Source of the DNA: a virus
Lineage: Duplodnaviria; Caudoviricetes
DNA: 58,692 bases
Strand: one strand, 5' to 3'
IMG/VR virus record: IMGVR_UViG_3300034349_000023
Location: 1 to 58,692 of that record
Shown here: positions 1 to 10,499 of the stretch, one piece after another
How the letters are laid out: every line of letters begins with the position of its first letter
How positions within the stretch are numbered: position 1 is the first letter of the stretch
Translations under genes and position numbers: made by a program
Notes under the pieces: generated by a model
The model's database searches: none
Seen by the model: only the letters and a program-made list of their open reading frames with translations
Told to the model about the DNA's origin: nothing

Positions 1-127
1 TCATTCGATCCTCCCCTCTCGCATCCATCATCGCATCCGCCGTTCTGAGAACGACACGCAAAGGGCCACCAGATCCACGCTGAGCGGTCCACACCGCGCG
101 TGCATGGTTCCGGTGGCCCCGGGGGGG
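1..127. repeat. Terminal 127-bp direct repeat, copy 1 (assembly overlap of a circular contig)
   Basis: Identical to 58566-58692. 127 is a common assembler k-mer size, and the endolysin start codon and RBS lie inside the repeat. Confidence 0.95.
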
Positions 128-235
128 TTACTCGGCTGTTTCGTCGTCCTCAGGGGGCGGGGTTGGTTCGGCCGGAGGCCCGATGACCACCGGAGGGATC
201 GGCATGGGTCCAGGCGGGGGTGGGACGATGGTCAT
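128..235 (-). CDS. Small proline-rich protein (35 aa)
   Basis: Own translation MTIVPPPPGPMPIPPVVIGPPAEPTPPPEDDETAE. The ATG overlaps the upstream TGA (ATGA). Confidence 0.5.
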   Translation of the reverse strand: MTIVPPPPGPMPIPPVVIGPPAEPTPPPEDDETAE

Positions 236-552
236 AGCTCCACCAAGTCCTCATGTGCCCAGGCCCGGCCCTGGCTATCGAAAACCTCGCCGGTGTCGGT
301 CTCGAGGGAGAACCCCTGTGGAATTCGCCACGAGTCTTCGAACACCTGCACCGAGATACGTCGCTCCTCCGCGTCGAGCGCGTTGTCTTCCGGTACCCAG
401 ACACGGTTGAGACTGAGCGCTGGCCCCGCGAACTCCTTGTTTACTTCGATGTCCATCCGCGACCGAAGGCTCATATTGCCCCGACCTTTACGAGCGACGT
501 CGAAAGCTTTGGCGATTTCCTCGCCATTCGTTCCGTCGTACGTGATTCTCAT
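232..552 (-). CDS. Hypothetical protein at the end of the tail module
   Basis: Start MRITYDG with a GGGGAG RBS; co-directional with the tail genes. Confidence 0.7.
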   Translation of the reverse strand: MRITYDGTNGEEIAKAFDVARKGRGNMSLRSRMDIEVNKEFAGPALSLNRVWVPEDNALDAEERRISVQVFEDSWRIPQGFSLETDTGEVFDSQGRAWAHEDLVEL

Positions 553-562
553 GTTTCTCCCC

Positions 563-1147
563 CTAGAGGATAACGCCAGTGTCGCCAGGGTCGGCACCAC
601 CGAATTGTACGACGAAGTCGAGAATTTCGTTACCAGCGCAAAAGACGATGAGGTTGCCGGTTCCGGCGATCCGCTGGAGCGTCAGGATGATGGAGACGTA
701 TCCGTCAGCCGTTGCCAGGTAGAAACAGTTGATGGGAACCGTGTTGGACTGTGCGAGGTTGTCAATCGTGTTTCGGAAGTGGCCGATCTGTGCGCTTGAG
801 GTCGTCGCCAGTGTACCCGTCGTAGCCGAGTACGCGATGCGGATTCTCGCATCGCCGACATCGTTATCTACCGACGTGTCGATGTTGATGTTGCTCGTGT
901 TTAGCTGGTAGATAGATCCGGCCTTAACCGGGATGTTATCGATACGTAGCACGCCGGTTTCGGTAGTGGTGATGGTTCCCGTCGAAGTGGTCCTTCGAGT
1001 CCGAGCAACAACCGATTGCTGACCACTTTCTACCTTGGATACTCGAGCGTCGAGGTCAAGGATCGCGTTTCGCACCGCGATACCGAAGCCAGCCGAAGGG
1101 ATAGGCTGCCCTTTGACCGGGAGAGTGATGGTGTACGGACCGGCCAT
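563..1147 (-). CDS. Minor tail protein
   Basis: Beta-rich, Thr/Gly-rich sequence directly after the large tail protein. Confidence 0.7.
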   Translation of the reverse strand: MAGPYTITLPVKGQPIPSAGFGIAVRNAILDLDARVSKVESGQQSVVARTRRTTSTGTITTTETGVLRIDNIPVKAGSIYQLNTSNINIDTSVDNDVGDARIRIAYSATTGTLATTSSAQIGHFRNTIDNLAQSNTVPINCFYLATADGYVSIILTLQRIAGTGNLIVFCAGNEILDFVVQFGGADPGDTGVIL

Positions 1148-1150
1148 AGC

Positions 1151-4100
1151 CTAACTCCAAATCGCGTTGTCCCAGCCGTCTAGACCATCCCAGACGGCGA
1201 CTGGCAATACCTGAACCACCTTGATGTCTTGCGTGTATTGAGCTCCCGCGACATTGTGCTGCACCCCGAGGATCCGCCAGTTACCGGATGCCGATGTCCC
1301 CTCAGAGTCAAGCACGGTAACCAGTTGTCCCGGCTTTCGGCGGGGATCGCCCATTACCGTGAGAATCATTTCCGGCCGAGGCTGCCCGATGATTCCCAGC
1401 AAGCTAGACGCCATGCTTTCCGCTACCGACCGGTCGTGAATCCAATTCATCTCCGCAGATAGGCCTCGTTCTCCGCGAATCCGGACCGAGTCTTGGTCGC
1501 GAAAGGTTGAGTAACCATCGGAAGCCCGAAGTCCATATCCCATGATCTGGAGCACTGGAACCTGATCCCCGGCATTGGCCAAGTAGGCCGTGGACGAAGT
1601 TCCATTGACAAACTTCAGTGTGATGGATAGTGCGTCGACAGCCACAATCGCAGCGGTAACCTGGAATGAAGAAAGAACCGTTCCTCCGCCCTCAGCGTTG
1701 GTGTTCGCTGTGATGTAGTGCCGATCGGTCGGTAGGGTTGGGGTAGTGATTTGTGTTGAGGTAAGATTGATTACTTGGAAGTTGACATTAGTTACCGGAT
1801 TGCTTGCCCCATGGATCTCCACGCAAGGGACATCCAGTGGGAAGGTAATGAACGACGTTCCCTTGGGAATTTCTACTGCGGTGTTGTAAAGCACCATCGG
1901 TTTGATCTTGGTATCTACCCGCTTATCCTGGAACTGCACCGTGACGACATTGCGCGTCTTAGACGTATCAATCATCGGCTCGAGGTCGGCGGTGTTGATC
2001 CGGGTATCTTGCACACTTGAGACCGTAGTCTGGGCCGTTTCCCCGAAGTAAGCCAAGGGCAAGAACTCGAGGTTATCTGACTCGTTTACCCGATAAGACG
2101 ACAGGCTATTACGAGCCAATTCCGCCAGGGTGTCCCAGACGTTTACCGCCTCCGTCTCGGCGATACCGGCCAGACGTGTACCAATCGACCGCATCGTCAG
2201 CGTTCCACCTGGTGCCTGGGGAACAGGGTACTGGTCATCCCAGAACCCAGCCGCATAAGTCTCACCGAAGTCGATCATCACCTCGGAAAGGGGAAGGTGG
2301 CTATTGACGCTGATCGAATAGGTATTTAGGGCCCCCCGACCCTGGAAGTCAGTCATGGGCAGTTGAGAGGTACCGTTGTACGTTCCGGCCCAGAACGACG
2401 AAGATGACTCCGTGGAGTTGTGGACCACACGCGCGGTTCCGGCGGCATAGTCCCAGTAGAACCCAAAGAAGTGCCAGGCATCGTCGGTCGGTAGTAGCCC
2501 GCTGGCAGCGTAGGTTACCGTCGCCGTTCCAGCGATGTAGTTACCCATCTGGACGTACGGACGCCGGTTAGCCGAGTCGATACCCAGTAGCACATACCCC
2601 AGGTCATTCGCGTATTGGTCCTTGACCGTGATCAGGGTGTAAAAGATGAAGTCGGCACCCGTTCCACCGGTCGAATACGATGGAGCTGGTTGCACCGCAT
2701 CGGCCCGAAGCCAGAAGCACAGTCGTCCCTTTGAGTTGGCCTGCGAAAAGATGTCGGCGAAGATCGGCCCACCGGCCTCGGTGATGTGCGGAAACTCCGA
2801 CTCCGGATAATCGAAGAAGTCCGATGCCTGCCAGTTGATGTTGATCCATCTAGTCCGCAGAGCTGTCTGTTCCGCGAACATGCCGAGAAGGAATGGTCCC
2901 TCCACCGCATTAAGGTTTTTCCACCCGTACAAGCCGCCCGGAGGGCCCGGGGGCCGGTACTCGTATCCACCCGAGTATTCGCCCGGCTGAGACCAATGGG
3001 AATGGATGGAGCCATGCATAGGTGCCCAGAAACGCGTGTACCGGTTCGGGGCCGGTCCGACGAATTGCGACCCTCTCGCGGCCAGCCAGGTGATCAGCCA
3101 ATCAATCGTCAACCCCTCACGATATCCGCTGACCACGGGCAAAGACACCGTCTGGTTCAGCCGGATACGCGTCTTACTGACTGCCCCCATAGTCACGGGG
3201 TCGTTTCCCGTCGAGATCCCTTGCATCTGGCCAGTAAAGAGGGGGGTATCCACCGGCCCGGTAGAAGTGATCGTGCGCAAGCTAGCCAAGACCGTAGCGG
3301 TATCTCGATCCCACCCGTAGACGGGAGAGTCCCGGTTGAACGGTGAGAAGTACTTCTTAGCCGACCACCGGGGACGCGCGAAGGGCTCCACCGAAAGGGA
3401 AGCCATGCACATGATTGCGTTAGCCGGAGATTGGGTAGCGTTGGCCGTGTAGAACCCGGATTGCGCAAGGGGACCTCGCGCAGCCACCACTACCAGGCCG
3501 TTAAGCGCCGGATTACCCTGCAATACCATCGGAGCGGTAGGGGTAATTCCGCCGATGCTTGCCGACCCCCAGAACGCCAACTGATAGCCCTGGCCGGACA
3601 ACGTGGAGGATACATTGTGGCTGGTGACGCTCGCCGATTCGGCGACCAACTGAATATCCGTTACCCGGTAGTCTAACGCCATATCGGTCGGGTTCCGAGC
3701 CCAGAAGGGAACCGTTACCGCCATGTAGTCGACAGGCTTATCCGACAACAGCATCAGCGGAGGATGGTTGGTCCGGTACCGACGCTTCCCATAGACGTAC
3801 ATCGATAGCGGGGCATCGGTGACCGACCCTAAGAAGTCCCAGGAGTCCTTGGGGTCGTTGACGGTCTGCACCAGGTTCGCCGTGGAGTCGTCAATCAGGA
3901 CGCACGCGACGAGGAAGTCATCCCGGATCACCCCGACAGGGATGGGGGAAGAAAGGGAAGTCTGAGCCGCACCCGACGTGAAGTCCAAAGTTCGAGTACC
4001 AGAGCTAGCCAGCGTCAATCCTTCTCGACCAACTAGCTCTGCCGAAAGGATACCGGATGCGTCCGCGCTGGTCGTCATCGTTACGGGATCAGGCAATCCG

Positions 4101-4276
4101 TCATCCAGCGTATGCGTGATCTGCATTGCTCCGGATGATTGCTGCGTCAGGTCTGTCGGGGTGTCAGCATTAACCGATCCGTCTGACACCCCATCGCTCT
4201 CACGCCAATACGCCTTGAGTGGGTGTGGTCCGAACTCCACCGAAGAAGAGGCGAGCGCATCGTCAAGCGAAGTCAT
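1151..4276 (-). CDS. Large minor tail / baseplate-hub protein (about 1041 aa)
   Basis: Second gene after tape measure. It has a LamG-like segment (DDAWHFFGFYWD) and a hub-like C-terminus (GDPRRKPGQLVTV). The start MTSLDD overlaps the upstream stop. Confidence 0.8.
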   Translation of the reverse strand: MTSLDDALASSSVEFGPHPLKAYWRESDGVSDGSVNADTPTDLTQQSSGAMQITHTLDDGLPDPVTMTTSADASGILSAELVGREGLTLASSGTRTLDFTSGAAQTSLSSPIPVGVIRDDFLVACVLIDDSTANLVQTVNDPKDSWDFLGSVTDAPLSMYVYGKRRYRTNHPPLMLLSDKPVDYMAVTVPFWARNPTDMALDYRVTDIQLVAESASVTSHNVSSTLSGQGYQLAFWGSASIGGITPTAPMVLQGNPALNGLVVVAARGPLAQSGFYTANATQSPANAIMCMASLSVEPFARPRWSAKKYFSPFNRDSPVYGWDRDTATVLASLRTITSTGPVDTPLFTGQMQGISTGNDPVTMGAVSKTRIRLNQTVSLPVVSGYREGLTIDWLITWLAARGSQFVGPAPNRYTRFWAPMHGSIHSHWSQPGEYSGGYEYRPPGPPGGLYGWKNLNAVEGPFLLGMFAEQTALRTRWININWQASDFFDYPESEFPHITEAGGPIFADIFSQANSKGRLCFWLRADAVQPAPSYSTGGTGADFIFYTLITVKDQYANDLGYVLLGIDSANRRPYVQMGNYIAGTATVTYAASGLLPTDDAWHFFGFYWDYAAGTARVVHNSTESSSSFWAGTYNGTSQLPMTDFQGRGALNTYSISVNSHLPLSEVMIDFGETYAAGFWDDQYPVPQAPGGTLTMRSIGTRLAGIAETEAVNVWDTLAELARNSLSSYRVNESDNLEFLPLAYFGETAQTTVSSVQDTRINTADLEPMIDTSKTRNVVTVQFQDKRVDTKIKPMVLYNTAVEIPKGTSFITFPLDVPCVEIHGASNPVTNVNFQVINLTSTQITTPTLPTDRHYITANTNAEGGGTVLSSFQVTAAIVAVDALSITLKFVNGTSSTAYLANAGDQVPVLQIMGYGLRASDGYSTFRDQDSVRIRGERGLSAEMNWIHDRSVAESMASSLLGIIGQPRPEMILTVMGDPRRKPGQLVTVLDSEGTSASGNWRILGVQHNVAGAQYTQDIKVVQVLPVAVWDGLDGWDNAIWS

Positions 4277-5205
4277 GCGGCCAACTCCCGGAGTGTCATG
4301 GTGATTCCCTCGCGCCAACGTGCATCAAAGGGAATCGCGTCACCCAGTGACAATATCTCAACCGGCCGGAGTCCAGTACCGGGAGCCCAAGCATTCACTA
4401 CCGAATCTTGCTCGAGTAGCGGTTCATCGACGTAGATTGAAGCCCCGGTAGTGATGGTAGCCGACGACGACACCACGACCGGCCGTGCGTAGCAAGCATT
4501 GGCGGGTGCGTTAGCCGTCACCGAGAAGCGTAGCCAAGTGCCCGGGGTGAAGTCCCCGCCGGTACTCTCCGACAACTGAGACCCGGTCGAGTCCAACCAC
4601 TGGATACGGGCAGACATCGTGATGGCCGAGTCCACCACCCCATCAGGCTTAGCCCAGAACGACCACGAGTAAGGCAGCCCCACCACGACAGGAATACCGA
4701 ACCAGTTTCGGTAGGGAGGACCAAACACCATCGTGGGGCTACCGGCCGCAGCCGATACGAACTGCCACCGAACGGATCGTGTGGCACCGACTCGATGGAT
4801 GTTCGCAGGGTCCGTGTTGCTGAGGATTACCCCCATGTTAGCCGCACCGGTCGAGGTGGCCAAGTTCGTTGTGTCGTAGAGGACATTGGTTGCGCTGGCC
4901 TGATTGGGCAGCAAAAGATTGGGCACCGAAGGATCAATGAGAGCCCACGGTCCCACACCAACCGATCCGGTCCAGAACTGGTCCAGGGCTGTCACGGAGT
5001 CCCCGTGCATCGACTTCCAGTTGATGGTGTACGGGCGCGAGCCCTGGGAAGCCGATGACACCAAGTGCTGCCCGGTCCCCGTGACGAAGTCGAACGTCTG
5101 ACGATCGTACGGCCTCGCCATACCCCCTCGAGGATACGGCAGCGTGACATACGCTCCCGGTCGGCCAAAGTACAAGTTGGGCCAGATACGAGCCGATCGT
5201 GCCAT
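4273..5205 (-). CDS. Distal tail (Dit-like) protein with an inserted carbohydrate-binding-like domain
   Basis: Directly after tape measure. NLLLPNQAS...YSWSFWAK...WLRFSVTANAPANA resembles a CBM4/9-like insert. Confidence 0.75.
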   Translation of the reverse strand: MARSARIWPNLYFGRPGAYVTLPYPRGGMARPYDRQTFDFVTGTGQHLVSSASQGSRPYTINWKSMHGDSVTALDQFWTGSVGVGPWALIDPSVPNLLLPNQASATNVLYDTTNLATSTGAANMGVILSNTDPANIHRVGATRSVRWQFVSAAAGSPTMVFGPPYRNWFGIPVVVGLPYSWSFWAKPDGVVDSAITMSARIQWLDSTGSQLSESTGGDFTPGTWLRFSVTANAPANACYARPVVVSSSATITTGASIYVDEPLLEQDSVVNAWAPGTGLRPVEILSLGDAIPFDARWREGITMTLRELAA

Positions 5206-7814
5206 CAGTTACCCCTTCCCGATCCAGCCCAGGTGTTGGCCCGGCTTCCCTCGTCTGCGGCCTTCTTGACTGCGACTGGGTTGCCCGTGATCGCGTCTAC
5301 CACAATCGTCGTCAAGGTCTTTCCATCGATGTCCAGGTGATATTCCCGCGTCCCCCCGGTCGCCGGGGTGATTGCGGGTGCCGAAGAGGCCCCTGATTTG
5401 GTCGCAGAGCCAGTGGGAACCGTTGCGCGTCCCAATCCGCCAACCGACCCCAACAACGCGGCTGCGGGCTTCTGAGACCCGTCGTCGATCCCCTGCGCAA
5501 AGTCGTTCATGAACCGACGTGCACGGAGCAACACGTACCCCTTGCCGGACAATGGTCCTTCCTTCGCCGGAGATCCCGGAAGGAAGTTGGTTACCGCCGA
5601 GACAACGGAATGGACCTTGTCCTTCACTGCCCCGATCATCGACCCGATGCCGTTGATGAAGCCCCGGATCAAGTCTCGACCCTTGTTGTAGAGCAACGAC
5701 CCCAGGCCGGACAACGCGGAAGACACCCGACCAGGAATACCCCGGACAGTTGAGATCAGCGAGGTAATCGCCGACACTGCCGCATTCCGAGCGGAGTTGA
5801 AAGCGTTCCGGATGTAGGTCACGACCACGACCACACCTCGGATGACGTTCTTGATGATGTTGATGTTGTTCTGGATCACCCGGGAGATACCGGCCCAGAT
5901 GGTATTAGTCACGTTCCGAATGTCGCTAAGAACGCGAGCCCAAACGGCCTTAACCAGGTTGATGGCTGCGGCGATGAAATTGGATACCGCGCTGATGACC
6001 GTCCGGATGCCGTTCCACGTCATCTTGATGGCGGTCCACAAGTTCTGTGCCGCACCAACAATGGCCCAGAACGCTTTGACGATTAGCGGCCAGGCCACGT
6101 TGACAATCCAGTCCACGGCAACCTTGATCGCTGCCTGAACGGACTTGAAAACTGCATTGACGATATTGCGGAAAGTCTCGGAATGCTTGTAGGCGTAAAT
6201 CAGTCCGGCTACCAATGCGATGATGGCAAGGACGATCAGGCCAATGGGGTTGGCCGACAAGGCAGCGTTGAGTGCCCACTGAACGGCGGTCCAGGCAAGA
6301 GTTGCCACCTTCACTACGTTCATGGCGATAGCCGCCGCAGCGGTAGCCACCCGGTTAGCCACGACAGCCACGGTGTTAGCCACCCAAGCCGCAACAGCCG
6401 CGCCACCGGTAACAGCGGCACTGGCTATCTGCGCGATTCGGTTAGCCACAACAGCGGCCGTGTTGCCGATCCACTGGAGTGTAGTGGCAATGATCCTCGC
6501 CTTGAGAATCCCTTGCACCACGGCAACAGCCTTCGCTGCCGCCGCATAGACCTTGTATGCCACCGCCAGCGCCAGAACCGCCGCAGCCGCCGGGCCGAGC
6601 CACCCGATGTTGTCGGAGATGTACGTCGACAGCTTGAGCAACCACGGGGCTACGGCGTTGATCGCGGGTACCAGGGCAGCCGTGATCTGACCGGCCAGCG
6701 CGGTGATCGCGGGGACTAGAGCGATGATAGCGGGAGTAACAGCCTGCAACAATGCCAGGAAGATCTGTCCCGCAGCCCCGCCGACCGCAGCCATTGCCGT
6801 ACCAAGCTGCGCGATTAGATCGGCCCCTTGCGCCGACCGGAGGAATTCGGCCAGGGTGAATACCAGTTCCGTCAGCGTGCCGACCGCGTCTCCACCGTTT
6901 GACGTGAAGATCTGGAAGATAGACTTCGCGATAGTCCCGATATCGACCATCAAGCCACCGAATTGCTGCAAGATCGGCAAAGCCGTAGCAAATAGCGCTT
7001 CGAGATCGATTTTACTTAAAAAGGCACCAAACGCCTGTAGCGCGGTGGCCAGTTTGCCCCCGACCACACCCGCGAACTTGGACCCCTGTGCGGCCAGGCT
7101 CAAGAACCCAGTAATCACCGGACCGATAGCGTCCTTGATCCGCAGGAAGAATACGGTGACGCCCTTGAGAATGGTGCGGAGGCTTTCGATGTTTTTGCCA
7201 CTGGTAGCCGTCTTGACTACGCTTTGCGCAACCTGCCCGATGGCGAAAGCCGCCCCCCGGGCCTGCGTCTGGAGCGTCACCACCCGTTTGACGACTCCAG
7301 CGACGGACTCTGCCGATCCCTGGAAGAATGCATCCTGGATCGACTTCTGCATGGCCTTGAGCGCGGGCAGGGATTTCTGCACAGATTTGACGAAAGCCGC
7401 CGCTTGAGGACTCAGCTTAGCAAGGGCTTCGTCGAATTCCTTACCACCTTCGCTCGCGGCTTTTAGTGCATCCCCAACATTCTGGGTGGCCACCTTAGCG
7501 ATGACCATAGCCGCGCCGAAAGAAGCGATCAATGCGGGAGCGGCAGCGAAAGAAGCCGTCAATACCGGGGCAAGGGAAACCACCAGGCCGCTCAGAAGAG
7601 ACAGGCTATTGGACACCAGCCCAATGGCTCCAGCAACCTTGGCAGCCCCCTTACCCATGGAAGCGAAGCCGGAGATGACTTTGGTGCTCGGGCCATCAAG
7701 GCCACCCAATGACTTCTTGGCCTTCTCGGTATCCCGAGTCGCCCGGATGATCCCGGCTCCATCGTAGTCAATCTCGATGGTGCCCCGAATCGTCCCGAGG
7801 TTATGGTTGGCCAT
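5205..7814 (-). CDS. Tape measure protein
   Basis: 869 aa, Ala-rich and helical, with NPIGLIVLAIIALVAGLIYAYKHSETFRNIV and the C-terminal LPGSPAKEGPLSG typical of actinophage TMPs. Confidence 0.95.
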   Translation of the reverse strand: MANHNLGTIRGTIEIDYDGAGIIRATRDTEKAKKSLGGLDGPSTKVISGFASMGKGAAKVAGAIGLVSNSLSLLSGLVVSLAPVLTASFAAAPALIASFGAAMVIAKVATQNVGDALKAASEGGKEFDEALAKLSPQAAAFVKSVQKSLPALKAMQKSIQDAFFQGSAESVAGVVKRVVTLQTQARGAAFAIGQVAQSVVKTATSGKNIESLRTILKGVTVFFLRIKDAIGPVITGFLSLAAQGSKFAGVVGGKLATALQAFGAFLSKIDLEALFATALPILQQFGGLMVDIGTIAKSIFQIFTSNGGDAVGTLTELVFTLAEFLRSAQGADLIAQLGTAMAAVGGAAGQIFLALLQAVTPAIIALVPAITALAGQITAALVPAINAVAPWLLKLSTYISDNIGWLGPAAAAVLALAVAYKVYAAAAKAVAVVQGILKARIIATTLQWIGNTAAVVANRIAQIASAAVTGGAAVAAWVANTVAVVANRVATAAAAIAMNVVKVATLAWTAVQWALNAALSANPIGLIVLAIIALVAGLIYAYKHSETFRNIVNAVFKSVQAAIKVAVDWIVNVAWPLIVKAFWAIVGAAQNLWTAIKMTWNGIRTVISAVSNFIAAAINLVKAVWARVLSDIRNVTNTIWAGISRVIQNNINIIKNVIRGVVVVVTYIRNAFNSARNAAVSAITSLISTVRGIPGRVSSALSGLGSLLYNKGRDLIRGFINGIGSMIGAVKDKVHSVVSAVTNFLPGSPAKEGPLSGKGYVLLRARRFMNDFAQGIDDGSQKPAAALLGSVGGLGRATVPTGSATKSGASSAPAITPATGGTREYHLDIDGKTLTTIVVDAITGNPVAVKKAADEGSRANTWAGSGRGN

Positions 7815-7827
7815 CAGTCACCTCCCC

Positions 7828-8112
7828 CTACGCTACCGGCCGGAATCGACCTGGTTGATTGTCCTGCGTGCCCAAGTACTGATCGAGCACCCGTTGCCGA
7901 GCCTTCGTGTGGGCCGGTCCTTTGGCGTTATCCGGGAGGCGATTTTCCGCCTCATCCATGTCGTTCTCAATGGCCGTAGCCAAAGTAAAGCAAGCGCGGT
8001 CCGTGCAAAATGCAACGAAGGAATTGGTAACGCCAAGAATGGAAGATGGTCGAGCATTCATCGCCTTCGACATGGACCACACCTCCCAGACGAGTCTCGG
8101 GTTACTCGCGAA
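7828..8112 (-). CDS. Tail assembly chaperone, C-terminal frameshift extension (gpGT-like)
   Basis: Open frame overlapping the end of the chaperone ORF in the +1 frame, just before tape measure. Confidence 0.65.
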   Translation of the reverse strand, partial: FASNPRLVWEVWSMSKAMNARPSSILGVTNSFVAFCTDRACFTLATAIENDMDEAENRLPDNAKGPAHTKARQRVLDQYLGTQDNQPGRFRPVA

Positions 8113-8629
8113 ACTTCATCATCGAGCCGAGACCCCCTGCGGCCCAGTCGAAGAGGTGCATCTTGTCTTCGAATCCGACCTGATCCGTGTAGGCTGCACC
8201 CTCGATTCGGTCCCCCACCGGAATCTTGGTCTTGACGACGGTCTTGCCGACCGTGGTCTCCGTGTAGTGCAGGTTGATGACCGGCGACACCACGATCAGG
8301 GGAAGAATGCGGTCCACCATCGAGATGAGGTCACGAACCGCGCGGGGGTCCTTCATCAGGGAAGCGACGTCCACCTCCGGACCATCGGCCTTTCCCTTGG
8401 CACCCTTGACCTTGCGGGCATGACGTGACACCTGTGCAGTCAAGGCATCGACGTCGGTCAAGAACCCCGCCTCGATCATGTCCTCGATAGACATTCGCTT
8501 CGCTCGGCAGGTCTGCCCGGACGGAAGGGTCAACTCTTCTTCGACGCCGGAGGCCGGTGTGGAACTCCAGACATTGTTGGGGGTGAATGGCTGAGGGTCG
8601 TCGGCCAGGCCGTGGTCGGTGGAAGGCAT
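8102..8629 (-). CDS. Tail assembly chaperone (gpG-like)
   Basis: Lies between major tail and tape measure; start MPSTDH with a GGAG RBS. Confidence 0.8.
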   Translation of the reverse strand: MPSTDHGLADDPQPFTPNNVWSSTPASGVEEELTLPSGQTCRAKRMSIEDMIEAGFLTDVDALTAQVSRHARKVKGAKGKADGPEVDVASLMKDPRAVRDLISMVDRILPLIVVSPVINLHYTETTVGKTVVKTKIPVGDRIEGAAYTDQVGFEDKMHLFDWAAGGLGSMMKFRE

Positions 8630-8657
8630 CGAGTGCTCCAAATTTCCGCTGGGTTGA

Positions 8658-9506
8658 TCAGACGTAGGTGTACGTGGAGAAAGCGCCGGTCGCAGACGCG
8701 CCCGACACGTTGGAGATGACGACCTGCGAGGCACCGGCCGCGTGCGCCGGAGTGATCAGCGTGAGCTGATACGGGCTGTTCACCTCGTAGTCAGTGGCAG
8801 CCGTACCGCCGACCGTGACAGTCGTGATACCGGTGAACCCGTAACCGGAGACCACGATGATCTCGCCACCAGCGATCGGACCGCCGCTGTCAGACAGCGA
8901 GTACACGACCGGCGCTGCCGGGGTGTCGATGACCGGAGCCGCGATGGTTCCAGCCGTCTCCCGCTGCACGAAGTCGTAGACGGTGTCGTTGATCTCGGTG
9001 GCGTTCACCAGCCCGGACACGAGGCACGGGAAGCCCGTACCCGACACGGACGGGATGAAGAACTGCCCGTCACCGAGTTCGCCTTCGATGTTGCCGGTTG
9101 CCCGGCAGCGGTACACGACCGCCTGGAAGTCTCCGCCGTTGTCGTTGATCGCTCGGCCGAGAGCGGTGAAGAACGGCCGCTGATCCAACGACTTCTTGCG
9201 GAATCGGTTGATCTGGTTCGGAGTGATCCCAGTCGAGATGACCACACCACCGGCCACCACCGCGTAGGCTGCGAACGAGATACCACCCGCCTCGAGTTCC
9301 CACTCGACGGACGAGCCCTGGCCGTGTGAGGTGTAGAGCTTGTCGTCACCCCGCAACTCTTCGTAGTCCTCCGTGTCGTTGAAGGAGAACGTGCGGGCAA
9401 CCGGCAGGTCGGTCAGAACCGATCCGAAAGTGTCCGCAGCCAGAGTCGGGTACTGGACCAGCTGAACATCCCGCAAGCCATACGGGAGTGCGTATCCCAG
9501 TGCCAT
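8658..9506 (-). CDS. Major tail protein with C-terminal IPT/TIG Ig-like domain
   Basis: Tail-tube N-terminus LPYGLRDV...ELRGDD. C-terminus SGGPIAGGEIIVVSGYGFTG...VTVGG...LITPAHAAG is IPT/TIG-like. Confidence 0.9.
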   Translation of the reverse strand: MALGYALPYGLRDVQLVQYPTLAADTFGSVLTDLPVARTFSFNDTEDYEELRGDDKLYTSHGQGSSVEWELEAGGISFAAYAVVAGGVVISTGITPNQINRFRKKSLDQRPFFTALGRAINDNGGDFQAVVYRCRATGNIEGELGDGQFFIPSVSGTGFPCLVSGLVNATEINDTVYDFVQRETAGTIAAPVIDTPAAPVVYSLSDSGGPIAGGEIIVVSGYGFTGITTVTVGGTAATDYEVNSPYQLTLITPAHAAGASQVVISNVSGASATGAFSTYTYV

Positions 9507-9700
9507 TAAACCCTCCCTTGAGGATTACGGAACCGCTGGGTGTCCAGCAGTTCTCCTGTTTTGATACTGAAGGTGTGCAGGATCGTCACACCCGGCCGCT
9601 TTCCACACCACCGACTGGGGCATGAGACCTCGATCTGCGCATCATTGTGGGCAGCCACGGTCACCTCCCCAAACTTGCGGTGTGGACAGCGGAGGTTCAT
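9506..9700 (-). CDS. Small zinc-finger-like protein
   Basis: MNLRCPHRKFG...EVSCPSRWCG, 64 aa; the stop overlaps the major tail start. Confidence 0.65.
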   Translation of the reverse strand: MNLRCPHRKFGEVTVAAHNDAQIEVSCPSRWCGKRPGVTILHTFSIKTGELLDTQRFRNPQGRV

Positions 9701-9701
9701 G

Positions 9702-10097
9702 TCAGCGGCCGGACTTGGCCGGAACGTCCCCCGGCTTGCTGGTAGCGCGCGTCGGTGCCACCGTGGAGGCCCCTGAGTCGTCCCTGGAGACGGTTTGGTC
9801 GCCCTCGAGCACCGCAACCACATCCACCGGGGTCTCAGTGACCTGAGTGACCTGTGCGGGGGTCATGTCCCGCGTCTGGGGCTTCGGCGAGAAGTCCTCG
9901 TCGTCGCCGGACATCACGAAGAACTGATCGGGATCGATCGCGACCCGAAGCTGATCCTCAGTGAAGTGATCCGCCGGAACCGCGAACCCGTTGAAGGCCG
10001 ACCACTGCACGGTATCGGCCGAGATTCCGACCGAGCGCCAGTCGGCAGCGGTGATCTGCCGGATGTGCGAGGGGCCGATGTACTTTACGTAGCGCAT
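9702..10097 (-). CDS. Hypothetical virion-module protein
   Basis: Has an RBS (AAGGGA) and is contiguous in the operon. Confidence 0.75.
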   Translation of the reverse strand: MRYVKYIGPSHIRQITAADWRSVGISADTVQWSAFNGFAVPADHFTEDQLRVAIDPDQFFVMSGDDEDFSPKPQTRDMTPAQVTQVTETPVDVVAVLEGDQTVSRDDSGASTVAPTRATSKPGDVPAKSGR

Positions 10098-10109
10098 TCC
10101 ATTCCCTTC

Positions 10110-10499
10110 TTACTGTCCCGAGCCAGTCATGGTGAAGCTGGCATTACGAGCGATTGTCTTGTGGCCATCATCCGTCAGGTCTTCGCTATCCCCCGTCCAG
10201 TCAACTCCCATGACCCAGCCAGTGCTATCCGAACTAGAGATCAGGGTGGGAAGAAGAACACGAAGACGACGGATGATGGAGTCAATCACCGAGTAGTCGG
10301 CCGGTTGATCGTGCACCCATACTACGAGATCGCGTTGAGTTACCACGTCCAAGCCGACATTGTTTCGACCCCACCTCAACTGCAAGAATGGACGCGAAGC
10401 CGGGGTGTCCACATCGACAGCGAAAGATGAGGGCCCGGTGATTCCCAGCCCGTTAAGAACTGAGTCCCCAATGATCGCCTGATACACCAGTTGCCTCAT
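10110..10499 (-). CDS. Tail terminator
   Basis: Synteny and size; RPFLQLRWG...VWVHD...YSVIDSII pattern. Confidence 0.75.
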   Translation of the reverse strand: MRQLVYQAIIGDSVLNGLGITGPSSFAVDVDTPASRPFLQLRWGRNNVGLDVVTQRDLVVWVHDQPADYSVIDSIIRRLRVLLPTLISSSDSTGWVMGVDWTGDSEDLTDDGHKTIARNASFTMTGSGQ

